A stretch of 16,860 nt of DNA, taken from NCBI GenBank assembly GCA_046758965.1, contig JBHIBG010000058.1:1-16860 (forward strand), written 5' to 3'. The stretch is from Candidatus Methylomirabilia bacterium. Lineage in GTDB: Bacteria; Methylomirabilota; Methylomirabilia; Rokubacteriales; CSP1-6. Of this stretch, positions 1-9,034 are shown in pieces (positions within the stretch are counted from its first letter, which is position 1; the number at the start of each line of letters is the position of its first letter). The position numbers were made by a program, and so were the translations under genes. Below the pieces are notes generated by a model, which worked only from the letters and a program-made list of their open reading frames with translations, searched no databases and was not told where the DNA came from.

Positions 1-251
1 CCGTAGATGACGGAGACCTCGGGGGCAGCCTCCTCACGCCTGTAGAGGAGGTCATCCAGACGGCCCGGGCCGACCCAGGCCACCTCGCCGTTTCCCCAGA
101 GCTGCTCGCCGAGCACCGACAGGCGCTTTTGGACCCGCTCCAGGACCGCACGAGCGTCCAGCGACACGTTGCCTTCGGTGGTGAACGAGGCCCACTCCGG
201 CTTCTGCCCCGCTTCCTCGGTCTTCCGGTAGGAGATCAGATACTTGGGCAT
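1..251 (-). CDS. Small hypothetical protein downstream of carA (3' end outside the window)
   Basis: ATG at 251, 8 nt after the carA stop, with GGAGG about 12 nt upstream. Open to the edge: MPKYLISYRKTEEAGQKPEWASFTTEGNVSLDARAVLERVQKRLSVLGEQLWGNGEVAWVGPGRLDDLLYRREEAAPEVSVIY... GC3-rich codons. Absent from the ORF track because it is truncated. Lacks the CarB N-terminal IGSGPIxIGQ motif. Confidence 0.75.
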   Translation of the reverse strand, partial: MPKYLISYRKTEEAGQKPEWASFTTEGNVSLDARAVLERVQKRLSVLGEQLWGNGEVAWVGPGRLDDLLYRREEAAPEVSVIY

Positions 252-259
252 AGAATGAT

Positions 260-1390
260 TCAGCCTCCCTTCGCCTGGACCATAAGCTCCACAAAGCGGT
301 GGAAGAGATAGTCGGCGTCGTGGGGGCCCGGGGAGGCCTCCGGATGGTACTGGACCGAGAAGACGGGCCACTCCCGATGGCGCATCCCCTCCAGGGTCCC
401 ATCGTTCAGGTTCACGTGCGTGGGCTCCATTCCAGATGACCTGGCCGACTCTGCCTCCACAGCGAAGCCGTGGTTTTGAACCGTGATCTCTACCCTCCCG
501 GTCGAGAGGTCTTTCACCGGGTGATTCGCCCCGTGGTGGCCGAACTTCAGCTTGTACGTCCGCGCGCCGACCGCGAGCCCCAGGATCTGATGGCCGAGAC
601 AGATCCCGAAGATCGGCACCTGCCCGAGGAGCCCTTTCACCGATTCAACCAGATACGGCACACCCTCCGGGTCTCCCGGTCCGTTCGAGAGGAAGACCCC
701 GTCAGGCCTTCGCTCCAGCACGGTAGCCGCCGGGGCGCTGGCAGGGACCACCGTCAGCTCGCAGCCGACGCTGGCGAGCTGGCGGAGGATGTTCAGCTTG
801 GCCCCGGAGTCGTAGGCGATCACCTTGAAACGCCTTGCGGAGGCTGGCTGGTACCCTTTCTGCCGCTCCCAGAGCGCCTCGCTCCAGCCGAACGGCGCAT
901 CCACGGAAACCTCCCGCACCAGATCCCGGCCGATGAGAGCTGGGACCGCCCGGGCTCTGGCCACGAGCCGTTCAGGATCTCGCTCCTCGGTCGAGATCAT
1001 GCCCTCCTGGGCGCCGTGGTCCCTGACATGCCGGGTCAGCGCACGGGTGTCGATACCCTGGATCCCGACGATGCCGTGGCCTCTCATGTACCCGTCCAGG
1101 GTGCCCTTCGCTCTCCACGAGGACGGTGTGGTCGAGGCCTCCTTCACGATGAACCCCTCCACCCACGGCCGCCTGGACTCGACGTCCTCGTCGTTGATCC
1201 CATAGTTGCCGATGAGCGGGTAGGTCATGACCACCATCTGCCCCTTGTAGGAGGGGTCGGTCATGATCTCCTGGTAGCCGGTCATGGAGGTGTTGAACAC
1301 CACCTCGCCCCGGGCTTCGCCCTCGGCCCCGAGGGATTCCCCCCGGAACACCCGGCCATCGGCCAGCGCCAGCAAGGCCGGTTTCCTCAC
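260..1390 (-). CDS. carA: Carbamoyl-phosphate synthase small (glutaminase) subunit
   Basis: Motifs [37 protein letters not shown] (catalytic Cys) and [12 protein letters not shown]. Start reassigned to GTG at 1390 ([12 protein letters not shown]), which overlaps the pyrC stop as GTGA. Confidence 0.97.
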   Translation of the reverse strand: MRKPALLALADGRVFRGESLGAEGEARGEVVFNTSMTGYQEIMTDPSYKGQMVVMTYPLIGNYGINDEDVESRRPWVEGFIVKEASTTPSSWRAKGTLDGYMRGHGIVGIQGIDTRALTRHVRDHGAQEGMISTEERDPERLVARARAVPALIGRDLVREVSVDAPFGWSEALWERQKGYQPASARRFKVIAYDSGAKLNILRQLASVGCELTVVPASAPAATVLERRPDGVFLSNGPGDPEGVPYLVESVKGLLGQVPIFGICLGHQILGLAVGARTYKLKFGHHGANHPVKDLSTGRVEITVQNHGFAVEAESARSSGMEPTHVNLNDGTLEGMRHREWPVFSVQYHPEASPGPHDADYLFHRFVELMVQAKGG

Positions 1391-2691
1391 CCGTGGAACC
1401 CTTCCTTGATCACATGCTCCCACATCACCACTCGCCCACCGACGATGGTCATCCAGGGCATCCCCGTCACCGTCCACCCCGCGAAGGGCGTGTTGCGACT
1501 CCTGGAATAGAAACGACCCGGATCGATGGTGAGTTCCCGCCCGGGATCCAGAATCGTGATGTCTGCCGGGCTCCCAACCGCCAGAGTCCCGCCGGCAAGC
1601 CCGAACGCTCTGGCCGGGCCGATCGTCAACCGGGCGATGAGGGTGGTGAGGTCCAGGAGGCCCGGCCTGACCAGGCGATCCATGAGGAGCGAGGCGGCGG
1701 TTTCGAGCCCAACGATCCCGAAGGCCGCCCGATCGAACTCCCCCTCCTTTTCTGCCAGCGCGTGTGGGGCATGGTCGGTCGCGATAGCATCAATGGTGCC
1801 ATCGGCCAACCCTTCGAGCAGAGCTTCCCGGTCATGCTTGGCCCGAAGCGGCGGGTTCATCTTGGCGTTGGGGTCATAGTTCCGCACAGCCTCGTCGGTA
1901 AGGACCAGATGGTGAGGTGTCACCTCGGCGGTGACGCGGATCGCGCGGGCCTTGGCCTCCCGGACCAGGCGCACCCCACCGGCCGTCGAAAGATGGGCGA
2001 AGTGGACCGGGGCCCCGGTCAACTCTGCCAGGACGATATCTCGCCCCACCATGACCTCCTCGGCTGCCCCCGGGATGCCGGCCAAGCCCAGCTCGGTGGA
2101 GACCACACCCTCGTGCATCACCCCGCCGGCAGACAGGGCAAGCTCCTCCGCGTGGGAGATGATGGGAGTCCCGAAGGGAAGCAGGTACTCCATGGCCCGC
2201 CGCAGGAGCCCGGCGCTCATCACGGGCTTCCCGTCGTCTGAAAAGGCGACGCATCCGGCCTCCGCGAGCTCCCCCCACTCTGCCGGCTGCTCGCCCACGA
2301 TCCCCCGGGTCACGGCCCCGATGGGGTACACACGCACCACCCCCTCCACCCGGGCCTTGGCCAGAACATAGTCAGTGACGGCGCGGTTATCGTTCACGGG
2401 GCCAGTGTTCGCCATGGCGCAAACGGCTGTGAACCCCCCCGCGGCGGCGGCGCACGTACCTGTCCGGATAGTCTCCTTGTACTCGTAGCCGGGCTCGCGC
2501 AAATGGGTATGGAGATCAATGAAGCCCGGGCAGACGACTTTGCCCTCGGCGTCGATGGTCGGGGTCCCCTCTGGGATGGCCAGCGCCGGGCCCAGGGCCA
2601 CGATCGCGCCATCCTGAACCAGGACGCTCTGGACCGCGTCGAGGCCGCTGGCTGGGTCAATGACGCGTCCGTTCCTGATCAGAAGGTTCAT
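1387..2691 (-). CDS. pyrC: Dihydroorotase (long, type I / multifunctional-complex type)
   Basis: Motifs [44 protein letters not shown] and SRNTPF. Lies between pyrB and carA. Confidence 0.96.
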   Translation of the reverse strand: MNLLIRNGRVIDPASGLDAVQSVLVQDGAIVALGPALAIPEGTPTIDAEGKVVCPGFIDLHTHLREPGYEYKETIRTGTCAAAAGGFTAVCAMANTGPVNDNRAVTDYVLAKARVEGVVRVYPIGAVTRGIVGEQPAEWGELAEAGCVAFSDDGKPVMSAGLLRRAMEYLLPFGTPIISHAEELALSAGGVMHEGVVSTELGLAGIPGAAEEVMVGRDIVLAELTGAPVHFAHLSTAGGVRLVREAKARAIRVTAEVTPHHLVLTDEAVRNYDPNAKMNPPLRAKHDREALLEGLADGTIDAIATDHAPHALAEKEGEFDRAAFGIVGLETAASLLMDRLVRPGLLDLTTLIARLTIGPARAFGLAGGTLAVGSPADITILDPGRELTIDPGRFYSRSRNTPFAGWTVTGMPWMTIVGGRVVMWEHVIKEGFHG

Positions 2692-2700
2692 TGGGGATGG

Positions 2701-3630
2701 TTATTCATGTCCCTTGCCTCCGGCGATGAGGTAGAGGATCGCCATCCGAACCGCCACGCCATTCTCCACCTGGTTCAGAATCACCGAGTAGGGACCATCA
2801 GCGACCTCGGGCGCCAGCTCGATCCCCCGGTTGACCGGCCCCGGATGCATGATCAGAACGTCGGGCCGCACCCCGGCCAGCTTCTCCGCCCCGAGCCCCC
2901 AGAGCCGCGAGTACTCCCGAAGCGAGGGAATGAGGCCTGAGGTCATCCGCTCCTGCTGGAGGCGGAGCATCATGATCACGTCCACGTCGGCGATCGCCTC
3001 CTCAAGCCGGTGGCTGACCTTGACCCCCAGTTCCTGGATGAAGGGCGGGATCAGCGTTGGTGGCCCGGCCACGGTCACCGTCATCCCGGCCTTCCGCATG
3101 GCATAGATATTCGAGCGCGCCACCCGGCTGTGGGCGATGTCTCCGACAATCGACACCGACAGTCCGTCCAGATGCCCCTTCTTCTCCCAGATCGTGAACA
3201 GGTCGAGGAGGGCTTGCGTCGGGTGCTCGTGAGCCCCGTCGCCCGCGTTCACCACCCCGCAGCGGAGCGTCCGGGCCAGAAGATGCGCAGCACCCGAGGA
3301 GGCGTGGCGGACGACCACCACGTCCGGGCCCATCGCCTCAATGTTCCTCGCGGTGTCCAGGAGGCTCTCACCCTTGCCGACGCTGGAGCCCGTGGCCGTG
3401 AAGCTGACCACGTCGGCTGAGAGCCACTTGCCGGCGATCTCGAAGGACGTGCGGGTTCGTGTCGACGGCTCATAGAAGAGGTTGACGACGGTCTTTCCCC
3501 TGAGGGCGGGGACCTTCTTGATCTCGCGGGCGGCGATCTCTTTCATCGAGCGGGCCGTGTCCAGGATTGTCTGAATCTCGCTGACCTCCAGCTCCTGCGT
3601 GCTCAGGAGACCTTTCCTCTTCCACGTCAT
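2701..3630 (-). CDS. pyrB: Aspartate carbamoyltransferase catalytic subunit
   Basis: Motifs FYEPSTRTRTSF, KGESLLDT, NAGDGAHEHPTQALLD, HSRVARS and MHPGP. ATG at 3630 preferred; GTG at 3636 is possible. Confidence 0.97.
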   Translation of the reverse strand: MTWKRKGLLSTQELEVSEIQTILDTARSMKEIAAREIKKVPALRGKTVVNLFYEPSTRTRTSFEIAGKWLSADVVSFTATGSSVGKGESLLDTARNIEAMGPDVVVVRHASSGAAHLLARTLRCGVVNAGDGAHEHPTQALLDLFTIWEKKGHLDGLSVSIVGDIAHSRVARSNIYAMRKAGMTVTVAGPPTLIPPFIQELGVKVSHRLEEAIADVDVIMMLRLQQERMTSGLIPSLREYSRLWGLGAEKLAGVRPDVLIMHPGPVNRGIELAPEVADGPYSVILNQVENGVAVRMAILYLIAGGKGHE

Positions 3631-3632
3631 GG

Positions 3633-4199
<567 letters not shown>

Positions 4200-4201
4200 T
4201 C

Positions 4202-4233
4202 AAAAAAAAGCCCTCCCCCTTCGGGAAGGGCTT
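4202..4233 (-). terminator. Intrinsic terminator (attenuator) in the pyrR leader
   Basis: Minus-strand RNA AAGCCCUUCCC-GAAG-GGGGAGGGCUU with an 8-U tract, ending about 17 nt before the pyrR start. Confidence 0.92.
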
Positions 4234-4268
4234 CTCATGATCGCTCTCGTGGTTGACTCAAGCCACCT

Positions 4269-4303
4269 CTCCTTGTGGGCCTCGCTGGGCCCACTTAAAG
4301 GAG
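4269..4303 (-). promoter_or_regulatory. PyrR-binding loop (anti-antiterminator)
   Basis: CUCCUU-UAA-GUGGGCC-CAGCGA-GGCCCAC-AAGGAG: 6-bp lower stem, UAA bulge within CUUUAA, 7-bp upper stem and CNGNGA hexaloop, matching the PyrR site architecture. Confidence 0.92.
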
Positions 4304-4317
4304 CATCTACACTGGCT

Positions 4318-4345
4318 ACGTTACCACCTCCCGCTGGGTTGTCAA
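4318..4345 (-). promoter_or_regulatory. Sigma70-type promoter of the pyr operon
   Basis: Perfect -35 TTGACA (4345-4340), 16-bp spacer, extended -10 TGgTAACGT (hexamer 4323-4318), directly upstream of the PyrR-binding loop. Confidence 0.8.
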
Positions 4346-4408
4346 GTTGTTTTCCCGCTTGGCGCACCTCCGACGAATCGCGCCTAACGAACAGACCGCG
4401 GGATGTCC

Positions 4409-4640
4409 GGGCCAGATAACGAGCATCACGCTTGCCAGCTGCGAAGCAGAAACGGCGAACGGCGGGCTCTGCCCAGGCGTCGCCACGCGAAGCGACCGAG
4501 CGCACAGCGCGAGGCCGCGGAGAGGCCGAGCCGGAGCCGAGGGGAGGGAGGCAACCCCCTCCGAGCCCGCGTACGTGGTCGTACGGTGAGGCCCGGCGAC
4601 GCTCGAGGAGGAAATCAGGCGAGGCGAGTTGGAACGGCCC
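4409..4640. repeat. Structured palindromic intergenic element (MITE/REP-like)
   Basis: Imperfect terminal IR GGGCC-agat-AAC ... GTT-ggaac-GGCCC; internal 8-bp IR GCGTCGCC (4477-4484) / GGCGACGC (4595-4602); several small hairpins (CTGC-GAA-GCAG, CGC-GAA-GCG, GGAGGGAGG-CAA-CCCCCTCC, CGTACG-TGGT-CGTACG). Confidence 0.55.
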
Positions 4641-6019
4641 TAGAAGCCTGGCCGTTCACCCTCTGGGGAGGGGGTGATGCCGTAGGCCCGGAGCTTCCGG
4701 TAGAGGTGGCTTCTCTCGATGCCGAGCCGCTCAGCCGTCCGCGTCACGTTCCAATTGCTGGCGCGGATTTCGGCCAGAATGTACGCGCGCTCGAAAGACT
4801 CGCGCGCCTCTTTGAGGGTCTTGTCCTTGGCCACCGCCGCCAATGCAGCCTCCCGAGGTTTAAGCGGGTGAGGAAGGTCCTCGGGCCCGATGACGTCATG
4901 CGGGGCCATGATCACCAGCCGCTCCACCATGTTGCGGAGCTCCCGCACGTTGCCTGGCCAGTCATAGGCGAGGAAGTACGCCAGCGCCTCCACCGATATC
5001 GTCTTCAGGGGCTTGCCGTTCTCGGCGCAGAACTGTCGAACAAAATGGTCCACGAGGGAGGGAATATCCGATGTGCGCTGGCGGAGGGGGGGGACCTCGA
5101 TAGGGATCACGTTGAGGCGGTAGAAGAGGTCATCTCTGAACCGCCCCTGGGCGATCAGCTCGGGAAGATTCTGGTTTGACGCGGCGATGACCCTGACGTC
5201 CACCTTGATCGAGTCTGTCCCCCCGATCCGTTCCACGGTCTGCGTCTCAAGGGCCCGGAGGACCTTCGCCTGGGTCTTGAGGCTCATGTCCCCCACCTCG
5301 TCCAGAAAGAGGGTCCCGCCGTCGGCCAGCTCGAACTCCCCTCTGCGGCGTGATAGGGCTCCGGTGAACGCCCCTTTCTCGTGGCCGAAGAGCTGGGACT
5401 CGATGAGTTCCTCGGGGATGGCCGCGCAGTTGACCTCGACGAACGGAGCCCCGTGGCGGGCCGACAGGGTGTGGACGGCGCGCGCGACGAGCTCCTTGCC
5501 AGAGCCGTTCTCCCCTTGGATGAGGACTCGACCGTTCGTCGGCGCCGCGATGGCAATCTGGCGACGGAGCTCGCGAACGGCCGGGCTATCCCCGATGATC
5601 TGCTGCTGGCGTTGGACCTTCTGTTTGAGCTCGCGGTTCTCCCGCTCCAGACGGGAGTGCTCTAGAGCCCGGGCGGCCGTGAGCAGGGTCTTCTCCAGCG
5701 ACAGCGGCTTCTCGATGAAGTCGTAGGCCCCGAGCTTCGTGGCCTTCACCGCGGTCTCGATGGTGCCATGGCCCGAGATCATCACGACCGGCTGGTCGGG
5801 GTAGACTCGCTTGAGCTGAGCCAGCACTTCGAGGCCGTCGACGCCAGGCATCCAGATGTCGAGAAGGACCAGATCTGGCGCCTCATCCGCAATCCGCGCC
5901 AGGGCCTCGCTTCCGCTGCCTGCGGCGGCCACCCGATACCCCTCGTCCTCCAACACGCCCTTGAGGGAGGTTTGGATGGCACGCTCGTCATCTACGATGA
6001 GAATGAATTCTCCGGCCAT
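4640..6019 (-). CDS. ntrX: NtrX/NtrC-family sigma54-dependent response regulator (REC - AAA+ - Fis HTH)
   Basis: Receiver domain ILIVDDE / LLDIWMP / FIEKP, Walker A GENGSGKE, LFGHEKGAFTGA, Walker B LFLDEV, FRDDLFYRLNV, WPGNVREL and C-terminal HTH NVTRTAERLGIERSHLYRKL. Start taken at ATG 6019 (MAGEFILIVDD). Confidence 0.9.
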   Translation of the reverse strand: MAGEFILIVDDERAIQTSLKGVLEDEGYRVAAAGSGSEALARIADEAPDLVLLDIWMPGVDGLEVLAQLKRVYPDQPVVMISGHGTIETAVKATKLGAYDFIEKPLSLEKTLLTAARALEHSRLERENRELKQKVQRQQQIIGDSPAVRELRRQIAIAAPTNGRVLIQGENGSGKELVARAVHTLSARHGAPFVEVNCAAIPEELIESQLFGHEKGAFTGALSRRRGEFELADGGTLFLDEVGDMSLKTQAKVLRALETQTVERIGGTDSIKVDVRVIAASNQNLPELIAQGRFRDDLFYRLNVIPIEVPPLRQRTSDIPSLVDHFVRQFCAENGKPLKTISVEALAYFLAYDWPGNVRELRNMVERLVIMAPHDVIGPEDLPHPLKPREAALAAVAKDKTLKEARESFERAYILAEIRASNWNVTRTAERLGIERSHLYRKLRAYGITPSPEGERPGF

Positions 6020-6075
6020 CTGCAATTCCGCGGAAGAGTCGCACCCCATCTTCGCGATGGAGCGAGCTCATTCCC

Positions 6076-8325
6076 TCAGGTCTCAGCGCGTATGGCGGGC
6101 AGCGGGAGCTCCACGACGAAGCGACTCCCTTTGGGGGCGTTGTCCTCCACCCAGATGGTCCCGTGATGATCCGCGATGATCTGCTGGACGATCGGCAAGC
6201 CCAGCCCCGTGCCGGCGGCCTTGGTAGAGAAGTACGGCAGGAAGAGCTTCTCCTTGTCCTCGGGGGAGATCCCCGGTCCGTTGTCGCTCACGACGACCCG
6301 AACTCGCCCGACTTCCGGATCGAAGATCGTGTCCACGGTGACCTCGCCGGCTGCGCCCACCGCATCCACGGCGTTATCCACCAGGTTGAGGAACGCGCGC
6401 TTGATCTGGTCCGGATCCACCTCGACAGCCGGGAGGTCAGGGGCGAAGACGGTTTTGAGCGAAAGCGCCGGATGGGACTCGCGGTAGAAGGTCACGACGC
6501 CGTCCAGGATCCGGTGGAGGTCTGCGGGCGTGGGGGAGAGGGCCGGCATGCGCGCGAAGCGGGAGAACTCATCCACGAGCCGCTTGAGCCCGTCCACCTC
6601 CTGCATGATGGTCTCGGTGCATTCGTCCAGAAGCTGTCGCTCGCCCAGGCTCCGGCTCTCCAGTCGGCGGCGGAGCCGTTGAGCCGAGAGTTGGATGGGG
6701 GTGAGCGGGTTCTTGATCTCGTGAGCGATTCGCTGGGCCACCTCCCGCCACGCCGCGAGGCGCTGGGCCTTGAGGAGCTCCGTGAGGTCGTCAAAGACGA
6801 GCACCATGCCCGCGTACTCGCCCTCCGGTCCTCGGAGCGCCGTAGCGGAGCCCAGGAGAGCCAGCGCCTGTCCGTCGCGGCGCAGGCGGATCTCCCGCTC
6901 CAGCGTCCCTTCCTGGACCCGGTCCATCCGCTGGATCAGGACGCCGATTTCGCCGAACAGAGAGTCCTGGAAGACCTGCTGGAATGGCCGCCCCACAGCC
7001 GCCTCCCCGGGCAGCCCCAGCATCCGCGCCGCAGCCCGGTTCACCGTGGTGATACGCCCGCCGGGATCCAGCGAGACCACGCCGGTGGCGACCGCCTGGA
7101 GCACGGTCTCGGTGTACCGCCGGCGCTCCTCCAGCTCGGCGTGCTTGCCCTGAAGGCCCAGATACGCCTCCTCCAGCTGGGTCTTCGATTGGCCGAGGTC
7201 GCCGGTCATCCGGTTGAAGGAATCCACCAGGATGCCGATCTCGTCGTCAGCGCGGACTTGCACCTTGTAGTCGAGGTTGCCGGCCGCGACCTCCCTGGTC
7301 CCTTCGGCCAGGAGCTGGATCGGGACCGTGATGCCCCGGGCCAGATACAGGCCGAACCACGTCACCGAGAACACGATGATCAGCGTGATGAGCAGGAAGA
7401 GCAGGATGTAGATCCCCTTGATCGGGGTCTTCAGGAGCTTGAGCTGGCGGTATTCCTGAAAGGCCTGAGAGATGGCCCGGACCCGGGCTTCCAGGCGATG
7501 AGGCACATGCATGAACACCACCAGCCCGCCGAGGAGCGCGCGCTCGCCCGCGCCGGAGGAGGCCCAGATGGGGACGACGGCTTGGATCAGATCGCCGCCT
7601 TTGAGCTCCCGGACCGTGGTCACCTCCTGCCCTGCGAGGACCTTCCGGAGGTGCTCCCGGTTGACCTTCTGGGCAGGGGTGGTCGTCAGCAGCAGGTCGG
7701 GGGTGGCCGCGAGCACCGGGTCCTTGACATGGATCAGCTCCTGCCCCTCGACGCCAAAGACGGAGATCCCCGCCAGCCCCAGCTCCTCCTGCTTCTCCGC
7801 CAGGAAGGCGGCTAGGGCCTCACGGCGCGCCTCGCCAAGGAACCCATCACGCGCGATCGCCCGCGCCAGGGCCTGGCTGTCGCGGAGCGTGATGCCTTCC
7901 AGGGTCTGATAATAGGTCTGTGCGACGGCAAGGGCTTCATCCAGCGGCGCCTCAACCTGCGGCGTGAACCACCCTTCGATGGAGGTCGTGATGAAGTTGG
8001 AGGCGATGATGAAGATCAGCAACAACGGGGTCAGGGCCAGCGAGAGGAAGGCGATTACCAGCTTGGCTTTGAACTTCGAACCGAGCACCTTCTGGCGGCG
8101 TTCGAAATAGAGCTTGATCAGGTTGCGGAAGAGGAGGACGAGCAGGAGGAGGAAGACGATCAGGTTCAGGTTGAACAGGGCCAAGACGACCAGGTTGGAG
8201 GCCAGCGGGAGCTGGGGTGACCGGATCCCAACCTCGAAGGCGGTCACCCCAACCAGCAGGACCAAAATCCCGCTGATGATGAGGAGGTTGCGCCTCCGCC
8301 GTTCCCGCTCGTCACTCAGTGGCAT
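6076..8325 (-). CDS. ntrY: NtrY-family membrane sensor histidine kinase (TM - periplasmic - HAMP - PAS - HisKA - HATPase)
   Basis: Three N-terminal TMs ending in SIEGWF, a fourth TM followed by HAMP (DEIGILVDSFNRM), PAS, AWREVAQRIAHEIKNPLTPIQLSAQRL, NLVDNA, DNGPG and GTGLGL. Confidence 0.92.
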   Translation of the reverse strand: MPLSDERERRRRNLLIISGILVLLVGVTAFEVGIRSPQLPLASNLVVLALFNLNLIVFLLLLVLLFRNLIKLYFERRQKVLGSKFKAKLVIAFLSLALTPLLLIFIIASNFITTSIEGWFTPQVEAPLDEALAVAQTYYQTLEGITLRDSQALARAIARDGFLGEARREALAAFLAEKQEELGLAGISVFGVEGQELIHVKDPVLAATPDLLLTTTPAQKVNREHLRKVLAGQEVTTVRELKGGDLIQAVVPIWASSGAGERALLGGLVVFMHVPHRLEARVRAISQAFQEYRQLKLLKTPIKGIYILLFLLITLIIVFSVTWFGLYLARGITVPIQLLAEGTREVAAGNLDYKVQVRADDEIGILVDSFNRMTGDLGQSKTQLEEAYLGLQGKHAELEERRRYTETVLQAVATGVVSLDPGGRITTVNRAAARMLGLPGEAAVGRPFQQVFQDSLFGEIGVLIQRMDRVQEGTLEREIRLRRDGQALALLGSATALRGPEGEYAGMVLVFDDLTELLKAQRLAAWREVAQRIAHEIKNPLTPIQLSAQRLRRRLESRSLGERQLLDECTETIMQEVDGLKRLVDEFSRFARMPALSPTPADLHRILDGVVTFYRESHPALSLKTVFAPDLPAVEVDPDQIKRAFLNLVDNAVDAVGAAGEVTVDTIFDPEVGRVRVVVSDNGPGISPEDKEKLFLPYFSTKAAGTGLGLPIVQQIIADHHGTIWVEDNAPKGSRFVVELPLPAIRAET

Positions 8326-8334
8326 GCTGATCCT

Positions 8335-8916
8335 TCATCGCCGCCGCATGATGGTGAGGTACGACGAGCGCACCCAATCGGTCTCCTCGGCCTCGCCGAG
8401 GAACCGGGAGACGAGTGTGCTCGGCCCCCTCACGCTGACCTCGGCCCGTACCAGCACGTAGAACAACTGCTGGGGATCCAGCTCCGAGGCGGAAACGAGC
8501 TTGAGCCCTCTGAGATCCGAAAGGATCCGCTGGGCCTCCCAGAGCTCCTTGGTGAGGTAGGGCTCTCGCACCTCCTCCGCCATGAAGACCACTGTGTACT
8601 CCTTGGTCAGCACGTTGTACGTCAGCCGGCGTTCCACGGTGCGCGCGGTGACCCGACGATCCGGCCAGAAGCGATTGTACTGCCAGAGCTCGACGAAGAA
8701 GCGCGCCTGCACGGGAACCCCGCTCTTCAAGCTCTCGTGAAACGAAGCGGGGATGGCCTGCAGGAGCACTGCCTCGACGACCAGGTCCTGGTCGTTGAGG
8801 AAAATGGCGAGGTTGCTGATGCGGATGTTCGCCCCCGCAGCCCCGGGCCAGAGCGCGAGGGCGGGAAGCAGGAGCCAGGCCCTCCATGACGGACCGAGGA
8901 TGCCGAGGAGACGCAT
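8335..8916 (-). CDS. DUF4390-like exported protein (usual neighbour of NtrYX)
   Basis: Signal peptide (LLLPALALWPGAAGA), LKSGVP...F.VEL, LTYNVLTKEY and C-terminal ETDW pattern; ends 9 nt before ntrY. Family call rests on recalled motifs plus synteny. Start is ATG 8916 or TTG 8922. Confidence 0.75.
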   Translation of the reverse strand: MRLLGILGPSWRAWLLLPALALWPGAAGANIRISNLAIFLNDQDLVVEAVLLQAIPASFHESLKSGVPVQARFFVELWQYNRFWPDRRVTARTVERRLTYNVLTKEYTVVFMAEEVREPYLTKELWEAQRILSDLRGLKLVSASELDPQQLFYVLVRAEVSVRGPSTLVSRFLGEAEETDWVRSSYLTIMRRR

Positions 8917-8930
8917 AGACAAGACAGTGC

Positions 8931-8958
8931 ATTATAGCGCCCCGGCGCAGGCGTCGAA
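8931..8958 (-). promoter_or_regulatory. Candidate sigma70 promoter for DUF4390-ntrY-ntrX
   Basis: Perfect TATAAT at 8936-8931 in a GC-rich background; weak -35 TTCGAC 16 bp upstream. Confidence 0.55.
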
Positions 8959-9034
8959 AGGGAGCGTTCTTATTCGCGGGGGAGACGGAGGGGGAGAGAG
9001 ATCCCTCCCGCACGGGCCTAACTCGCGGAACGCT

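Noticed and set aside
1..251. carB as the gene after carA
   Set aside because: Only the first three residues (MPK) resemble CarB; the conserved IGSGPIxIGQ/EFDYSG region is absent.
1391..1477. ORF-track N-terminal extension of carA
   Set aside because: It overlaps the pyrC C-terminus out of frame; GTG 1390 gives the normal CarA start and a GTGA overlap.
4200..4677. Short ORFs in the ntrX-pyrR intergenic region (4200-4505, 4347-4589, 4432-4677)
   Set aside because: Low-complexity Arg/Ala/Pro translations crossing the attenuator, promoter and palindromic element.
6163..7815. 550-aa plus-strand ORF and other long plus-strand ORFs (470-1510, 1393-2241, 11174-12217, 12102-13124, 14476-15543)
   Set aside because: They lie antisense to well-supported genes and show no recognisable motifs; such shadow ORFs are expected with high GC3 codon usage.
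8978..9012. GGAGGG/CCCTCC hairpin after lpxC as a terminator
   Set aside because: Short stem, large loop and no U-tract on the minus strand.
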